Position numbers and translations under genes: made by a program. A stretch of DNA of 64,000 bases from Schizochytrium sp. TIO01 (taxonomy: Eukaryota > Protista > Bigyra: Labyrinthulomycetes), in the NCBI GenBank assembly GCA_004764695.1, contig SMSO01000032.1, forward strand, positions 4,310,483 through 4,374,482, read 5' to 3'. Below are positions 61,356 through 64,000 of the stretch, one piece after another. Below the pieces are notes generated by a model. It had not been told where the DNA came from and did no database searches. It saw only the letters and a list, made by a program, of their open reading frames with translations. Each line of letters starts with the position of its first letter. Position 1 is the stretch's first letter.

Positions 61356-62900
61356 ATGGACGATTGCGGAGGTGTGCCTAGGAAACCTGATATGCGAAAA
61401 GATGTTGCGAGCTTTGGGCTCGATAAAGATAGGGCTGCGCAAAAATTAATGCAAAACCTTCAAGATCTCGTTTCTCCACAGACATACGAGTATGTGCAAG
61501 CATGCGTCTCACATAGCTGCGGTGAAACGCCAGACCGCTATGTCATGTGTGTTATGAAGGAGATTAATAAAATTGACCGCTGTCTAGCGCGGAGATGTGT
61601 CATGCGGATAAAAGCTGGTGATCCCCAAACCCTGGCTGCGACTAAGAGGTGTATTTGTGGGCAGCCTGAAAATGATGATGGCTGCGGAGCGGCTTCTTCT
61701 TCAGCCTCTCGTGATATTCTAAGAACAGGGCAGAAACGGGGCGTAGATGCAATGGGTGGCAGCTGGAACTCTGCATTCAGTACTTTTCGAGGCGCAGTGA
61801 TAAAGTCAAGAAAACAGTCTGATTTTGATTCTTGCGGAGGTGTAAGACCCTCTGGAGCTTGTGGATCATCCTGCTCTTCTGGGTCGTGTGGTTCTGACAC
61901 CTCCCATCTTAATGCTGTCACCCAGGTCTGTACTTCTCCTATTGCTTCTGCAGTAACCCTTTCGACGAACATAAGTGAAGATACCAAGAGCGAAGATGAA
62001 ATTACATCGAATGAATCTAGCGCAAGTGCAGTATCTGAACCTCTTCTAGCAGAGCTGAAGATTAACGTAAATAAACCGCAGGCCCACGGGATGACGCCCT
62101 TGATGCTTGCTGCACAAAAAGGAACGCCTGAGGCTATTAAAATTCTGATCAAACACGGCGCAGATCTCGAGATTAAGGATTCTATGGGTGGCCGGACCGC
62201 ACTAATGTGGGCTGTGTCTAGCAACAAACTTGACGCAGCGCGAACTTTGGTTGAAGCTGGCGCCGATATTGAATGCGTAGCTAACGATGGTTCTAATCCT
62301 CTGCTGTCTTGTGCTCGAGGTGGTTTTACTTCCATCGCACGATTTTTGATTCACGAAGGTGCAAAACTTGATGTTCGCGATAGTTGTGGATTCACTCCTC
62401 TCATGTTTGCTGCGTCATTTGGCAAAACAGAGATTGTTATTCTTTTGGCTCAGAAAATGCCGAGCTTACTTGATGCTAAAGATCGACGTGGCTGTACTCC
62501 TCTCATTCTTGCTGCTCGCTCAGGTCGTTGCGACACTGCTTTGGCACTGGCCGAAGTTGGCTGCAATGTTGCAAGCACCTGCGAGCACGGAAATAATGCA
62601 CTTCATCATGCAGCACGAAATGGCCACACAACAACTCTACGCGCTCTTTTGTCCTCATCATCTGCAAGCAAGTCTAGAAATGAACTTATTCATGCTCGTT
62701 CTAAGCTTGGCTATACCCCGTTGCTAGCCGCCGCGGAAGCCGGTCGCACCGAATGTGTCTCTGTTCTTCTTGAGCATGGTGCTCGCGTGCAGGATAAGAA
62801 TGACCATGGTCTTGACGCTGTTCAACTTGCTCGTCTCGAAGGTCATAATGAGACTGCAAGAGTTCTTTTGCGCGGTGCAATGCTTCCTGCTCATTCTTGA
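61356..62900 (+). CDS. Ankyrin-repeat protein (8 repeats) with Cys-rich N-terminal region (514 aa)
   Basis: Repeats GMTPLMLAAQKG, GRTALMWAVSSN, GSNPLLSCARGG, GFTPLMFAASFG, GCTPLILAARSG, GNNALHHAARNG, GYTPLLAAAEAG and GLDAVQLARLEG at ~33-aa spacing, with LI..GAD-type linkers. Confidence 0.95.
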   Translation: MDDCGGVPRKPDMRKDVASFGLDKDRAAQKLMQNLQDLVSPQTYEYVQACVSHSCGETPDRYVMCVMKEINKIDRCLARRCVMRIKAGDPQTLAATKRCICGQPENDDGCGAASSSASRDILRTGQKRGVDAMGGSWNSAFSTFRGAVIKSRKQSDFDSCGGVRPSGACGSSCSSGSCGSDTSHLNAVTQVCTSPIASAVTLSTNISEDTKSEDEITSNESSASAVSEPLLAELKINVNKPQAHGMTPLMLAAQKGTPEAIKILIKHGADLEIKDSMGGRTALMWAVSSNKLDAARTLVEAGADIECVANDGSNPLLSCARGGFTSIARFLIHEGAKLDVRDSCGFTPLMFAASFGKTEIVILLAQKMPSLLDAKDRRGCTPLILAARSGRCDTALALAEVGCNVASTCEHGNNALHHAARNGHTTTLRALLSSSSASKSRNELIHARSKLGYTPLLAAAEAGRTECVSVLLEHGARVQDKNDHGLDAVQLARLEGHNETARVLLRGAMLPAHS

Positions 62901-63350
62901 ACTTTTAAATGTCCATAGCATTGTACTTGTACTATTATACCAATCCCCTATCATCGCGTGTTTCTTCGCATGTTCTATCACCGCTGTCTTCCGTACTATA
63001 TTCGTTATTTCATGTGTACCAATACTTACGCAATAGCTCGTCTTTTTGCGATAGACCTGGAACAGCAACTTCATATTAGCTTTGCTATTACTTCTGCCGT
63101 GACATATTATCCTACAGGTCGTTGTGACCATCTTTGCTCCTCTTCTTATATCAGGTACTCCTTTCTCCATAACTTGGTCACCAACGAATTTTGTCTCTAT
63201 TCCCTCTGTTATTTCCCCTGCATCCAACCGTGCTAGTCTTTAGAATGAATTCTCCCTTACTGTAGAAACTCTTCACTTCTCCAGCTTATTTCTTTGTTTC
63301 AAGTACGGAGCCAACACACGCAACTTTTAGGCGGGATAACTTCCTTAAGA

Positions 63351-63381
63351 CTCTGTCAACTCTGTCAACTCTGTCAACTCT
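63351..63381. repeat. 9-bp tandem repeat CTCTGTCAA x3
   Basis: Read directly from sequence. Confidence 0.9.
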
Positions 63382-64000
63382 CTGAACCGTGATGCAACCT
63401 CAGTTTTGAACTCCTATATTTATTCCTGAGCTAATTCACGACAACTGTGTTATCTTTGTCTTAAAGTGTTCAGGATGTTCACTCTAATTTTAATCTTCCC
63501 GGCTCTCCAAACTATCTTAAACATGCACTAACCAAGTGCGTTCAGAAGGATTGATAAATGATAGAGAACCCATCTGTCTTCTATACGAGCATCGCTTGAA
63601 ACACAATCCTAAGCTCTTGCTTGCACTAGTTTAATGCTACGTAAGTCCGTGACAATAAAACAGGATTCGATCAGGCATAGCTAGCTCTTTAAACTTTTTG
63701 CACTCCAAGTCTGCACAAACTATTTGCTCACAGCAGCCGGCATCTTTTCAACTTCTTCCTTCTGTAGATGTCTTTACCATTGGTAATACTATGCAAACAT
63801 TGACATCACCATCTTTCATGTCACCACAAACAAGAGTACAACACAGCAACAAGAGAGAGAAACAAGGCCAGAAAAGACAGCAAAAAACTAGGACTCGGAA
63901 TCCACGATTCACGTGCGTCTTTCAGCATAATAGGAGTTGGTAGGGATATCATAGATCGACTGAGAGTCGAAAACTTTTTAAGGAATAAAGAATTTTTTTT

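Noticed and set aside
62724-63227. 167-aa minus-strand ORF overlapping the ankyrin 3' end
   Set aside because: No recognisable domain, and it overlaps a confident gene. More likely 3'-UTR sequence open by chance.

Overview
Eukaryotic nuclear DNA with few introns and many tetranucleotide microsatellites. The style suggests a stramenopile such as a thraustochytrid (Aurantiochytrium/Schizochytrium-like); this is inference only. About ten protein-coding genes are supportable: a Cys-rich secreted, probably GPI-anchored protein; a two-exon soluble cytochrome b5 missed by the ORF track; a ~3,970-aa USP9X/USP24/USP34-type deubiquitinase; two small hypothetical genes; a double-AP2 transcription factor; a polyQ hypothetical protein; mitochondrial ISCA1; an RCC1-repeat protein with a bacterial-style Calx-beta/Ig-like module; and an 8-repeat ankyrin protein. 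The most notable anomaly is that the deubiquitinase reading frame is broken by a single +1 shift at ~14676, inside a conserved segment and next to a UGA. This could be an assembly indel, a real null allele or programmed frameshifting. Three long gene-free intervals (22.7-30.0, 31.6-43.6 and 52.8-61.3 kb) are rich in compound 4-nt repeats. No rRNA, tRNA, CRISPR array or intact mobile element was recognised.
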